A DNA stretch of 64,000 nucleotides from an uncultured Omnitrophica bacterium (GTDB taxonomy: Bacteria; Omnitrophota; Gorgyraeia; JACQQV01), in the NCBI GenBank assembly GCA_947085655.1, contig CAMTXH010000006.1, positions 70,498-134,497 on the forward strand, in the 5' to 3' direction. Made by a program: the position numbers and the translations under genes. Below the pieces are notes generated by a model. That model did no database searches, was not told the DNA's origin, and worked only from the letters and a program-made list of their open reading frames with translations. This document shows positions 26,858 to 36,793 of the stretch, one piece after another; position 1 is the stretch's first letter; each line of letters opens with the position of its first letter.

Positions 26858-27781
26858 TTAATCACCAATCGTGACTTCCGTTCCGATCGGGATCAACGCG
26901 TAGAGTTCTTCCACATCCTTGTTGTGCATCCGGACACATCCGGCGGTAATGGCACTTCCGATGGATGCCGGATCCCGTGTCCCGTGAATACCGTATCCCG
27001 GTTCGTTGATCCCCATCCAGCGGCTCCCCAAAACGTTCTCGGGACTGTCCGACGGAACAACGGCCCCCAACGTGTACCAAACCGGATTGATGAGCTTATT
27101 GGTGATTTTGTACGTTCCGACCGGGGTGGAATCGTTTTCGCCTGTGGCAACGGGATAGATTTTGAAAATCTCTTCCCCCGCTTTCAGGGTTAGCTGATTC
27201 TGGGATTTATCTACCAGGATGCTGAAGGAAACCGAAGGCACTTTCAACTTCATGCCGGGGCGGATCAGCGCTGATTTCAGCCCGTTCGCCTTCATGAGGA
27301 GTTCAATGGTGGTGCCATGAGTCCTTGCAATCTTCCCAAGGCTATCCCCCGGCTGAACCGTCACCTTTTTATAAAGAGGGGTCATGGTGGGAGAATAAAG
27401 AATCGCCACGTTGACTTCTCCCAACCGTTCCTGCGCCAGGACAACCGAATCGGTATTGGGAAACATCTGAACGATCCTTTGATACGTTTCCTTGGCCCCC
27501 AAAAGATCCCCCCGACGGAGTTGGACATTGCCGATACCGAGAGTCCCTTTCGCCATCAACTCCGGAGAGGGGGCTTCTTGCGAAATGTCGGTATAAATCC
27601 GGAGGGCTTCATCCCACTGTTCTCCTGAAAGTGCCGCTTCTGCTTTCCGGAATAGTCCCTCATACCGGTTTTGCTGAAAAAGACTGGCCCCTTCCTCACG
27701 GGGTCCGAAAACAAACCGCACCCCCAATCCCGCCGCCAAAAGGCCGACCAGAACAAACACCAGTCCCCAACGTCTTGTCAT
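26858..27781 (-). CDS. L,D-transpeptidase with LysM domain (YkuD family)
   Basis: N-terminal TM segment and TPR-like region. LysM (VTVQPGDSLGKIA). YkuD catalytic region (GIHGT...SAGCVRM). Confidence 0.8.
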   Translation of the reverse strand: MTRRWGLVFVLVGLLAAGLGVRFVFGPREEGASLFQQNRYEGLFRKAEAALSGEQWDEALRIYTDISQEAPSPELMAKGTLGIGNVQLRRGDLLGAKETYQRIVQMFPNTDSVVLAQERLGEVNVAILYSPTMTPLYKKVTVQPGDSLGKIARTHGTTIELLMKANGLKSALIRPGMKLKVPSVSFSILVDKSQNQLTLKAGEEIFKIYPVATGENDSTPVGTYKITNKLINPVWYTLGAVVPSDSPENVLGSRWMGINEPGYGIHGTRDPASIGSAITAGCVRMHNKDVEELYALIPIGTEVTIGD

Positions 27782-27797
27782 TGTTTTCCCTCAATCC

Positions 27798-28250
27798 TCA
27801 AAGTTGGAACACCAGCATGGATAGGATAATACCCAGAAAGGCTCCCATAATCACTTCGACCGGCGTATGGCCCAGGAGTTCCTTTAACCGGTCTTCCCGG
27901 ATATTTTTCTTAACATAAATATCATCCAGTATTTTGTTCAACGCTTCCGCCTGCTTGCCGGTTGCCCGACGGACCCCCTGGGCGTCAAACATAATGATCA
28001 GCGCCACCACTGAAGCCAGGGCAAAGAGCGCCGAGTGAAATCCGGTGACAAGGCCGACGCTCGTCGCCAGAGAGGCCATCCCCGCCGCATGACTGGAAGG
28101 CATTCCTCCCGTTTCCACAAACCACTGGAAATTAAAACGCTTTTCCCGGTATACGCCGAGTAGGACCTTGATCACCTGTGCAACGAACCATGACAGGAGC
28201 GTGACCCCCAAGATCCGGTTGGCTCCTACTTCCTTCAGAAAATCATGCAT
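27798..28250 (-). CDS. divergent PAP2 family protein (DUF212/YuiD-like)
   Basis: GGMPSSHAA motif and 150-aa membrane topology. Confidence 0.75.
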   Translation of the reverse strand: MHDFLKEVGANRILGVTLLSWFVAQVIKVLLGVYREKRFNFQWFVETGGMPSSHAAGMASLATSVGLVTGFHSALFALASVVALIIMFDAQGVRRATGKQAEALNKILDDIYVKKNIREDRLKELLGHTPVEVIMGAFLGIILSMLVFQL

Positions 28251-28257
28251 AATTTTG

Positions 28258-29352
28258 CTACCCCCGGGAAAATCCTTTCAATCCGGACTGGAACCCTTTC
28301 AGCACCAACTCCAGTTCCTCGCGGTTGTCGGAGTTGTTCCGTGCTTCCTCCAGTGTAATTTTCCCGGAACGGTAAAGCGCCACCAGGGCCTGATTAAAGG
28401 TCTGCATCCCGAAAATCGCACCGTCCTGAATGAAGGCGGGAATCTGAAGCGTCTGTCCTTCATAAATGAGCCCCCGAATCGTGGGGGTCAGCCGCATGAT
28501 CTCGCAGGCGGGGATCCTCCCGCCCCCATCCTGCTGGGGAATCAGCCGGAGCGAAATCACCCCTTTTAAAAGAAGGGAAAGCTGAAGACGAATCTCATGG
28601 TGCTGGTAAGGGGGGAAGAAATTAATGATCCGTTCCACCGTCTGGGTCGCATTGATGGTGTGAAGGGTGCTCAAGACCAACTGGCCCGTTTCCGCCGCCT
28701 GAATGGCGCTTGACATCGTTTCCACGTCCCGGATATCGCCGATATGAATGATATCGGGCGTCTGCCGCATGATGTGGCGGAGGGCATGGTAATAGGAGCG
28801 GGTGTCCATCCCCACTTCCCGCTGGCTGATAATCGATTTCTTGTCGTGATGGATGAATTCAATCGGGTCCTCAATCGTCAGGATATGCTTTTCAAGATTT
28901 AAATTGATGTAATCAATCATACTGGCGATGGTAGTGGATTTCCCGCAACCGGTGGATCCCGTCAGCAGCACCAGCCCCCGCGTCTCGTGGCAGAGTTCCC
29001 GCAACACCTTGTCCGGAAGGTTCAGTGCTTCAAAAGAAGGAACGCTGTCCTTGATAGCCCGGAACACAATCCCGAGACTCCCCCGTTGAAGGTAGACATT
29101 GGCACGAAACCGCCCGATTCCAGACAGACTCAGCGCCAGATCCACCTCCAGGTTGCTCTCAAAGGCCCTTTTTTGTTCCTCATTGAGGATTTCGTTGACA
29201 TAGGCCTTGACCTCCTCCACCGTTAAAGTTCCGTCTCCTTCCGGCTGGAGTTTGCCGTAAACACGAAAACAGGGAGGACTCCCTGTTTTCAAATAGAGGT
29301 CCGAGGCCTCTTTCTTCGCCATCTGTTTAAGATAATCGATAACGCGACCCAT
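28258..29352 (-). CDS. pilT: type IV pilus retraction ATPase PilT
   Basis: Walker A (GSTGCGKST), Asp box, Walker B and His box, with PilT-like overall sequence. Confidence 0.85.
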   Translation of the reverse strand: MGRVIDYLKQMAKKEASDLYLKTGSPPCFRVYGKLQPEGDGTLTVEEVKAYVNEILNEEQKRAFESNLEVDLALSLSGIGRFRANVYLQRGSLGIVFRAIKDSVPSFEALNLPDKVLRELCHETRGLVLLTGSTGCGKSTTIASMIDYINLNLEKHILTIEDPIEFIHHDKKSIISQREVGMDTRSYYHALRHIMRQTPDIIHIGDIRDVETMSSAIQAAETGQLVLSTLHTINATQTVERIINFFPPYQHHEIRLQLSLLLKGVISLRLIPQQDGGGRIPACEIMRLTPTIRGLIYEGQTLQIPAFIQDGAIFGMQTFNQALVALYRSGKITLEEARNNSDNREELELVLKGFQSGLKGFSRG

Positions 29353-29370
29353 CGTTACGCCCTCATTGTA

Positions 29371-30768
29371 TCATTTCCCGATGCAGAATTGGGAGAAGAT
29401 TTTATCGAGGAGGTCCTCCGTAAAGACCTCCCCCACCACCTCGCCGAATCCTTCGAGGGCCTCCCGGAGGTCGACGGCGACGATTTCAGGTGGAGCGGAA
29501 GATTCCAAACGCTCCTGCGCCTGTTCGAGTGCTTTCAGGGAACGGGCTAGGGCTTCCCGATGACGGATATTCGTAATCAGCGTTCCTTCCGAGAGCTGGA
29601 CCCTCCCTTCCCACACACTCTGATGAATGGCCGACTCCAGCTGTGCGATTCCATCCCCTGTCGTCGCTGAGACTTTGACGAGAGGGTGCCCGTTCCGGAC
29701 GCTTGAAACATCTTCCTCCTTCAGTTTTTGGGGAAGATCCGCTTTATTGACCACAAAAATGACCTTTTTCCCTTGAATCTCCTTGAACAGCGCCCAATCG
29801 GCCGGCGCGGTCGGCTCGCTTCCGTCCAGCACAAACAGAACCAACTCCGCCCGGCTCAGATAAAAGCGGCTCCGCGAAATCCCCTCCGCTTCGATGATAC
29901 AGCCCGTTTCCTGAATCCCGGCCGTATCCACGAGGCGAACCGGGATACCCCGGATGTTCGCCACCTCCTCAATCGCATCCCGCGTTGTCCCGGCAATCGG
30001 GGTGACGATAGCGCGGTTATGCCGGAGGAGCGCATTCAAAATGCTCGATTTCCCGACGTTTGGCCGTCCTGCAATGACGGTGGTCAATCCTTCCCGGAAG
30101 ACGATTCCTGCCGAGGCGTTTTGAAGGAGAAGTTCCAGCTCCCGGATCAAGCGCTTCAGCTTTTCCAGAATCTGACCTTCATTCAAAATTTCAATATCCT
30201 CGTCGGGAAAATCGATCCCCCCTTCCACATGGCAAAGCACATTAAGAAGAATCTCCTGGAATTCCCGGATTTTCTTCGACAGTTCCCCCTGCAGTTGATC
30301 CATCGCCGAGCGGAGACTCGCATCCGTTTTGGAGCGAATGACGTCCAGCACCGCCTCTGCCTGCGAAAGGTCGATACGGCCGTTCAGGAATGCCCGCTCG
30401 GTAAACTCACCCGGCCGGGCCAGCCGTGCCCCTTGACGCAAAAGGCATTCCAAGATCTCCCGGAGGGAGACCGTTCCCCCGTGACCGAAAATCTCCACCA
30501 TGTCCTCGCAGGTGTAGGTCCGGGGAGCCCGCAATATCAGAAGGAGGACTTCATCCAGTCGCCTCCCGGTCTCGGGATCGGTCACATAGCCGTGTGAGGC
30601 CCGAAAAGATTCCATCTTGGAGGGCTTTTTGTCCCGCTTGGAAAAAAAGATCCGGTCTGCGATTTCAAGAGCCCTTTTTCCGCTCATCCGGATGACTCCG
30701 ATCGCCGATTCGCCGATCGGAGTGGCAATGGCGGCGATGGTGTCCTGTGTCTCATCACGCAATTTTCT
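29371..30768 (-). CDS. mnmE: tRNA modification GTPase MnmE
   Basis: G domain (GRPNVGKSS) and C-terminal CIGK motif. Start placed at MRKLRDE, which overlaps the folC stop by 1 nt. Confidence 0.9.
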   Translation of the reverse strand, partial: RKLRDETQDTIAAIATPIGESAIGVIRMSGKRALEIADRIFFSKRDKKPSKMESFRASHGYVTDPETGRRLDEVLLLILRAPRTYTCEDMVEIFGHGGTVSLREILECLLRQGARLARPGEFTERAFLNGRIDLSQAEAVLDVIRSKTDASLRSAMDQLQGELSKKIREFQEILLNVLCHVEGGIDFPDEDIEILNEGQILEKLKRLIRELELLLQNASAGIVFREGLTTVIAGRPNVGKSSILNALLRHNRAIVTPIAGTTRDAIEEVANIRGIPVRLVDTAGIQETGCIIEAEGISRSRFYLSRAELVLFVLDGSEPTAPADWALFKEIQGKKVIFVVNKADLPQKLKEEDVSSVRNGHPLVKVSATTGDGIAQLESAIHQSVWEGRVQLSEGTLITNIRHREALARSLKALEQAQERLESSAPPEIVAVDLREALEGFGEVVGEVFTEDLLDKIFSQFCIGK

Positions 30769-32129
30769 CATGAAGCGACTTTCTCCGCTTTCTTTTTCGG
30801 ACTTTTGGCTTCCTGAAGAAACGCGAGCGCCTCCCCAACCAGATAGAGTGACCCGGCCACTACCACAACCCACTCCCCATCAACCCGACGGCAGGCCCAG
30901 TCGAGGGCTTCGTCCAGGGAGGGAACCAATTGGAGATACCGCGAATAGGGGGCCGCATAGTCCATCAGGGCACAAACCGGAAGGGCCCGTTTATTTTTCG
31001 CCTGGGTCAAAATGACACTTTCTGCCATCGGACAGAGAATCCGGCAGACCGTTTCCACCTCTTTGTCCTGGGAAATCCCGAGAATCAGAAGAACCGGCTT
31101 TCCGGGAAAGAGGTCGCAAAGTGTTTCCTTTAACGCATTGGCAGAGGCGTCGTTTTGTGCGCCGTCCAGAATGAGGAGCGGCTCTTCACCCACCACCTGA
31201 ATCCGCCCCGGCCAATCCACCTTTGAAAGTCCCTTTTGAATGGAGGCCTTGGAAAGTGAAAATCCTTTCCGCTTCAAAACCTCACAGACGCCGATGGCGG
31301 TCACGGCATTGTCCACCTGATGTGCCCCCAAAAGCGGAACAAAAAGAAGCGGGTAGTCTCCCCCGGGACCCATCACCTGAAAACGGGTCCCCTCTCTGGA
31401 ACGGCCGAGTTCTTGAATATTGTAATGTTCTGCGACTTCCAAAAGGGGCGCCGATTTTGTCCGGGCGATCTCCCGAATCACCTCCAGCGCTTCCGGTTCC
31501 TGAGGGGCCGTCACCGCAGCCGTTTCCGGCTTCACGATTTCGGCTTTTTCGGCGGCAATGGAAGTCAAGGTTTTTCCGAGTTTGTCGGTATGGTCGTAAC
31601 TGATCGGGGTAATGACCGAAACAAGGGGATGCACCACATTGGTGGCATCCAGCCGACCTCCCATTCCGACCTCCAAGACAGCCATCTCCACTTTTCTCTG
31701 TTTAAAATAAAGGAAGCTGAGTGCCGTAAAGACTTCAAAGAAGGTAAAGGGCCCCGTCTCCTCCGTGAGAGCATCCAGTGCGGGTTTGATCTCCTCCAAG
31801 AGAAACGCCAGCTCCCCGTCGGTGATGCACCTCTGTTCCTCCCCCTTGATGGATGTCCGGATCCGTTCATGCCGCGACAAAAGGTGCGGTGAGGTATAAA
31901 GCCCGGTCGGGATTCCCGCTTCCCGAAAAATTGCGTAAAGCATCGCACAGGTGGACCCTTTGCCCCTTGTCCCTGCCACATGAACACTCCGGAAAGCGTT
32001 CTGCGGATTGCCGAGGGCATCCAGGAGTCTCCGAACCCGCTCCAGTTTCATGGCATCGTACGAGTAGGTGGTGATCTTCTCGTAATCAATCAGCGAATCC
32101 AAAAATTGAAGAGTCTGTTTCTGGGTCAT
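30768..32129 (-). CDS. folC: dihydrofolate synthase / folylpolyglutamate synthase
   Basis: Mur-ligase family P-loop (GTRGKGST) and FolC-like sequence. Confidence 0.85.
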   Translation of the reverse strand: MTQKQTLQFLDSLIDYEKITTYSYDAMKLERVRRLLDALGNPQNAFRSVHVAGTRGKGSTCAMLYAIFREAGIPTGLYTSPHLLSRHERIRTSIKGEEQRCITDGELAFLLEEIKPALDALTEETGPFTFFEVFTALSFLYFKQRKVEMAVLEVGMGGRLDATNVVHPLVSVITPISYDHTDKLGKTLTSIAAEKAEIVKPETAAVTAPQEPEALEVIREIARTKSAPLLEVAEHYNIQELGRSREGTRFQVMGPGGDYPLLFVPLLGAHQVDNAVTAIGVCEVLKRKGFSLSKASIQKGLSKVDWPGRIQVVGEEPLLILDGAQNDASANALKETLCDLFPGKPVLLILGISQDKEVETVCRILCPMAESVILTQAKNKRALPVCALMDYAAPYSRYLQLVPSLDEALDWACRRVDGEWVVVVAGSLYLVGEALAFLQEAKSPKKKAEKVAS

Positions 32130-32132
32130 CGG

Positions 32133-33677
32133 TCAATGTTTGAAATGGCGAATGCCGGTCAGGACCATCGCCACATCAAATTCGTTACAGGCGCGGATGA
32201 CCTCCCCATCGCGGATGGATCCCCCCGGCTGAACCATCGCATGGATTCCGGCCAGCGCGGCCACTTCGATATTATCCGGAAACGGAAAGAAGCCGTCACT
32301 CGCCAAAACCGCCCCCGCAGCCCGGTTTCCCGCTTTTTCAACCGCAAGCCTCACCGCCCCCACACGCGAGGGCTGTCCCCCGCCGATGGCAACGGTTGTC
32401 TCACCCTTTGCGATCACGGCAGCGTTCGAACGGACATCCTTGGCTACCTGAAATGCAAAACGAAGCGATTTCTCCTCTTCTCGGGTCGGCTTTTTTTGGG
32501 TCACGCAGCGCCAACGAAAAGGAGCGGTCGAAGCATCCGGCGTCTGAACCAGAAAAATGTCACGGGAAAGGGGCTTCATCTCGTGCCTTTCCCTTCCGTC
32601 CCGATAAAAAGTTTCAAAGGAAACAACCCTCAGATTCGGTTTCCGCTTCAAAATGCGTAAAGCGCTCTTCGTAATTTCCGGAGAGGCGATCACTTCAAGA
32701 AAGCCGCTTTGCAGAATCCGTTTTGCCATCCGGCCGTCCAACGGCCGGTTCAGTCCCACAACCCCTCCGAATGCCGATTCAGGATCACAAGCCCATGCCC
32801 TTTCAAAGGCCTCTTCCGCGGTCCGCCCGAGCGAAACACCGCAAGGGGAGGCGTGCTTGATCAAGGCGCAGGCCGGCTTTTTGAATCCCCTGACAATCCG
32901 GTAGGCGGCATCCAGATCCAAAAGATTGTTATAGGAGAGCGGCCTGCCCTGGAGGGCAAGAGATTCCGCCGCCAAAGGAGATGCCCCATTAAGGTAAAGG
33001 GCCCCTTCCTGATGAGGATTTTCACCGTACCGGAGGGACATCCACTTCCGGAGGGTGAGATTCAGAGATTTGGGAAGAAGTTCTTTTTTTCCTTTATCCA
33101 TTTCATTGAAGAAGCTCCGGATCGCCTGGTCATAGAGACTCGTCCGGAGAAAGGCGTGGCAGGCGAGGGACTGTTTCATCTTCTCCCGGATTCCTCCCCG
33201 CTTCAGCGCCTTCAGAACTTCTCCGTAAAAAGCAACCCCCGGAACAACCGTGACATACCGGTAGTTCTTCGCCGCCGCCCGGAGAAGGGCTACGCCACCC
33301 ACATCGATTTGCTCAAGACACTCGGCAGCGCTCATTTTTTTCCGAAGGGCTTCCTCGAACGGATAAAGATCAACCGCCACAAGATCAATCGGCTCCACTC
33401 CTTCCCTCCGAAGCGCTTTCATGTGCGAGGCTTTCGAGCGGTCCGCCAAAATCGCCGCATGGATTCGGGGATGAAGGGTCTTCACCCTTCCGTCAAGGAG
33501 TTCCGGATAGCCGGTCAGGGCTGAAATCTCCCGGACCGGGATCCGGCGGCGCCTCAAAAAAGAGGCGGTCTTGCCGGTGGAAAGAAGCTTGAAACCGCAT
33601 TGAACAAGCCCTCTCGCAAAAGGGAGAAGATCTGTCTTGTCGTAGACACTCAAGAGGGCCTGTTTTGTTTTTGCCAT
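32133..33677 (-). CDS. purH: bifunctional AICAR transformylase / IMP cyclohydrolase
   Basis: MGS-like N-terminus (ALLSVYDKTDL) and AICARFT domain. Confidence 0.95.
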   Translation of the reverse strand: MAKTKQALLSVYDKTDLLPFARGLVQCGFKLLSTGKTASFLRRRRIPVREISALTGYPELLDGRVKTLHPRIHAAILADRSKASHMKALRREGVEPIDLVAVDLYPFEEALRKKMSAAECLEQIDVGGVALLRAAAKNYRYVTVVPGVAFYGEVLKALKRGGIREKMKQSLACHAFLRTSLYDQAIRSFFNEMDKGKKELLPKSLNLTLRKWMSLRYGENPHQEGALYLNGASPLAAESLALQGRPLSYNNLLDLDAAYRIVRGFKKPACALIKHASPCGVSLGRTAEEAFERAWACDPESAFGGVVGLNRPLDGRMAKRILQSGFLEVIASPEITKSALRILKRKPNLRVVSFETFYRDGRERHEMKPLSRDIFLVQTPDASTAPFRWRCVTQKKPTREEEKSLRFAFQVAKDVRSNAAVIAKGETTVAIGGGQPSRVGAVRLAVEKAGNRAAGAVLASDGFFPFPDNIEVAALAGIHAMVQPGGSIRDGEVIRACNEFDVAMVLTGIRHFKH

Positions 33678-34429
33678 GATAAGCCCAGTTTTTTTGTGAT
33701 TGGCCCTACTTTGCCGTTTCCGATAACCCGGCGATCGACCGATGCGACCGGCATGATCCCCATGGAGGTATTGGTTAAAAAGGCCTCGTCCGCCCCATAC
33801 AGTTGGGTCCGGGTAAAAGGTTCCTCCCGGACCGGGATCCGGAGTTCTCTCGATCGCCGGAGGGTCTGGTCCCGCGTAATCCCGCGTAAAATGCCGAGGG
33901 AGGAGGGAGGGGTCCAGAGTTCTCCCCCCTTCACCATAAAAAGATTCGCGATTCTTCCCTCTGTGACGTATCCTCTCGCATCCAGATAAATTTCTTCGAG
34001 GGCCTCCGGAAGCGTCAGTGAATCGATCGTTGCCAAAAGTCCGTTCGTGTAATCTTTGACCTTCAGTTGAGCATCCAACGCACTGATCACATTCCGCCGC
34101 GTGGCACTCGTCCGGACCGCTACCCCCCTTTCGTAATAGGAAAGAGGATACCGCTTTGCCTCCTTCACGATCAAAAAAAGGCGTGCACGTTTTCCCTCCT
34201 TCAAAAAGGCAAGCCGGATCAAGGCGTTCGGGTAGGGCTTCGAAGAGATTTCTTTTTCAAGGAGCCGCTTCAGCTGGACGCGCGAACGGCCGATTGAAAA
34301 ATCAAGGGTCCGGGCCGAGTCAAAGAGGCGGTCGAGGTGTTCCCCCAAAGCAACGATCTTTCTCTTCTCAGATCTCAACGTCTCAAAGATCCCTTCCGCC
34401 AAAACATCCTTCGCCAAAAATTCAGGCAT
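33650..34429 (-). CDS. pabC: aminodeoxychorismate lyase (class IV aminotransferase fold)
   Basis: Fold-type IV PLP enzyme sequence. Operon position between pabB and folC. Confidence 0.65.
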   Translation of the reverse strand: MPEFLAKDVLAEGIFETLRSEKRKIVALGEHLDRLFDSARTLDFSIGRSRVQLKRLLEKEISSKPYPNALIRLAFLKEGKRARLFLIVKEAKRYPLSYYERGVAVRTSATRRNVISALDAQLKVKDYTNGLLATIDSLTLPEALEEIYLDARGYVTEGRIANLFMVKGGELWTPPSSLGILRGITRDQTLRRSRELRIPVREEPFTRTQLYGADEAFLTNTSMGIMPVASVDRRVIGNGKVGPITKKLGLSWQKQNRPS

Positions 34430-35885
34430 GCAGAAGTTTCCCCTCCCCTTTCAGCGCCTCCACCAACGCCTGCGCTTTATGGAGACTCTCTTCGTACTCC
34501 CTCAAGGGATCCGAATCTGCGACGATACCGGACCCGACCTGAATATAGGCCTGGTCCTCTTTCAGGATGAATGTCCGGATCACCAGATTCAAGTCCATCT
34601 CGCCGTTAAAACCGAGGTAGCCGATGGAACCGGTATAAATCCCCCGGCCCACCGGCTCCAATTCGTCGATAATTTCCATGCACCGGACCTTTGGGACGCC
34701 GGTAATCGTTCCCCCGGGGAAGAGGGCCCGGAGGATTTCGAGAAAGTGATTCCCTTTTTTGAGATGCCCCCGGATGTTCGAGACGATGTGGATGACATGG
34801 GAGTATTCTTCCAGCGTCATCATTTCGTTCACACGGACCGTCCCAAAATCGCAGACCCTTCCCAGGTCGTTCCGCTCAAGGTCAATCAGCATCAGATGTT
34901 CGGCTCTTTCCTTCTCGTTGAGCAAAAGTTCCACCCGTTTTTTCAAGTCCTCTTCTTCGTCCTTCCCCCGCGGTCGGGTTCCGGCAATCGGGCGGGTCTC
35001 GAGCCACTCGCCGTCTTTCCGGACCAGCCGCTCCGGCGAGGAACTCACAATTGCAAAATCGCCGAAATCAAAAAAAGCGGCAAAGGGAGAGGGATTGATC
35101 TGCCGGAGATGTTCATAGAGAAAATAGGGGGGGCCGCTGTAGGAACCGTGAAGACGTTGGGAGAGGTTTGCCTGAAAAATATCCCCCGCCCGGATGAAAT
35201 TTTTGGCCCGTTCCACCATCCATTTGAATTCAAGATAAGACATATTGGATGAAATTCGGGAGACGCGGATCGTTTCTTCTTTTTGAACTGGGAAGGAGAC
35301 GCTTCGAAGAAGGTCCTCCATGCTTTCAATCTCTTCGACGGCGCGGGCATACCCTTTTTCCCTTTCCTCTGCGGAGGCATTCGCAACAAGCCACACCTTC
35401 CCCTCGAGATGGTCAAAGGCAACCAGACGGTTCACAAACAAAAACAACAGGTCCGGCAGGAGCAAATCGTTCTTGGCAAAATTCGGAAGCCGCTCAAAGA
35501 AATGCCGCACGTCGTAACTGAAATAGCCGACCGCGCCGCCGCTGAAAGGGGGAAATCCGGAAAACTTGGGGCTTCGATGCCGGGAAAGAACTCGCCAAAG
35601 AATCCTAAGCGGCTCCCCCCGCATCGATTCCGTTTTTCCTCCCTCTTCCATCCAGACCCAGTCCCCCTTGCTTTTAAAGACCAGATACGGATCCCACCCC
35701 AAAAACGAGTAGCGGCCGGTCAGCGGATGGTGCCGGGCACTCTCCAAGAGGAAGGGGTACCCTGTTTTCAGAACCTTTTTGAGAAGCTCGGTGGGATTGG
35801 GTAAGTCTGTAACTTCTTTATATACAGGTACTTGTGAAAAGTCTTTGGCCAGTTCCAAAAACTGGCTCAAGGAGGGTGTAACCAT
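34422..35885 (-). CDS. pabB: aminodeoxychorismate synthase component I (chorismate-binding enzyme)
   Basis: Chorismate-binding C-terminal domain (GTITGVPKVRCMEIIDELE...GSIGY). Adjacent to pabC and folC. Confidence 0.75.
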   Translation of the reverse strand: MVTPSLSQFLELAKDFSQVPVYKEVTDLPNPTELLKKVLKTGYPFLLESARHHPLTGRYSFLGWDPYLVFKSKGDWVWMEEGGKTESMRGEPLRILWRVLSRHRSPKFSGFPPFSGGAVGYFSYDVRHFFERLPNFAKNDLLLPDLLFLFVNRLVAFDHLEGKVWLVANASAEEREKGYARAVEEIESMEDLLRSVSFPVQKEETIRVSRISSNMSYLEFKWMVERAKNFIRAGDIFQANLSQRLHGSYSGPPYFLYEHLRQINPSPFAAFFDFGDFAIVSSSPERLVRKDGEWLETRPIAGTRPRGKDEEEDLKKRVELLLNEKERAEHLMLIDLERNDLGRVCDFGTVRVNEMMTLEEYSHVIHIVSNIRGHLKKGNHFLEILRALFPGGTITGVPKVRCMEIIDELEPVGRGIYTGSIGYLGFNGEMDLNLVIRTFILKEDQAYIQVGSGIVADSDPLREYEESLHKAQALVEALKGEGKLLHA

Positions 35886-35893
35886 GGGAAATA

Positions 35894-36400
35894 TTATAAC
35901 ATATTTCCCGTAAGGTTGGCTTGATATCGCTTCAGAAAAAGGCGGTCTTTTTCGCGACCTGCGATCTTTTTGGACATGAGCAGTTTCCGGAGCCCTCCCA
36001 CACGGATGGGGACCTCATCCACCAGAAAAATTTTCGCATCCTTTTCCAGTTCCCGAAAAACGTAACCGGAGATTCGCAGAAGAAGCTCAATCTGAATTCC
36101 CTGGGGATTGGTCGCCATCAAGGTTCCTTGCCGTTGAACAATTTCTTTTATGTGATCGGGGCGGAAGGGTCCTTCTTTCGTTGCGACATGGAATCCTAAG
36201 CGTGATAAAATACCGACTGCTTTTTTAAGATTTCCAAGGGTGTTTTCTAAAAAGAGGTCGTAGTCTTGGGTCGAAAAACTCTCGGAAGGACTTTTGGCAT
36301 AATAGTTGATCCCTGAGACGCCGACCACTACATACCGAACCCCCTTTTGGTTGAAGGCATGAAGGACTTCGGTATAAGGATCAAATCGTGGGCGGTTCAT
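35894..36400 (-). CDS. minimal nucleotidyltransferase-fold protein (putative toxin/antitoxin partner)
   Basis: hG[GS] ... [DE]h[DE]h pattern (VVVGVSGINYY...DYDLFLE). The start ATG immediately follows the stop of the upstream HTH gene. Confidence 0.5.
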   Translation of the reverse strand: MNRPRFDPYTEVLHAFNQKGVRYVVVGVSGINYYAKSPSESFSTQDYDLFLENTLGNLKKAVGILSRLGFHVATKEGPFRPDHIKEIVQRQGTLMATNPQGIQIELLLRISGYVFRELEKDAKIFLVDEVPIRVGGLRKLLMSKKIAGREKDRLFLKRYQANLTGNML

Positions 36401-36741
36401 CGCTTTTTCTTCGCCTTCACATAGTGTCGGTTCCATGCAAGAGTCACTTTCGGAACCCAGGACTTGTCAGTCCCATCCTCGGACAACGCCTCAATTTTGT
36501 CTACTGCTCGATCAAGGGCTTTTTCATGAAAAAGCGGTCTTTCCTCCTCAGAACCCAAAATCAGATCCCCTACCCCACAGTGAAGAAACTGGGCTATCTT
36601 GGAAAGTTGTCTCAAGGAGACTGGGCGCGTTCCAGAATCCATCGCTGAAAGATTTGAGAGATACAGGCCAAGTTTTTTTGCCACTTCGGTCAGTGTCATT
36701 CCTCTCAACAACGCTTCTCCCCGTATATGGGTCCGAACCAT
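36397..36741 (-). CDS. XRE-family helix-turn-helix transcriptional regulator
   Basis: N-terminal HTH_XRE-like segment (LTEVAKKLGLYLSNLSAMDSG). Confidence 0.65.
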   Translation of the reverse strand: MVRTHIRGEALLRGMTLTEVAKKLGLYLSNLSAMDSGTRPVSLRQLSKIAQFLHCGVGDLILGSEEERPLFHEKALDRAVDKIEALSEDGTDKSWVPKVTLAWNRHYVKAKKKR

Positions 36742-36757
36742 CCGTTTCCCCCTTATT

Positions 36758-36788
36758 CAATATTATCATAAAGTGATAATATTGTCAA
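36758..36788 (-). promoter_or_regulatory. promoter overlapped by a perfect 11-5-11 palindromic operator (CAATATTATCA-taaag-TGATAATATTG)
   Basis: On the minus strand: TTGACA-N17-TAATAT. The palindrome spans the -10 and spacer, immediately upstream of the HTH gene. Confidence 0.6.
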
Positions 36789-36793
36789 GTGCC

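Noticed and set aside
25979-27193. 404-aa plus-strand ORF
   Set aside because: Antisense to accA and the L,D-transpeptidase gene, both of which have strong family signatures.
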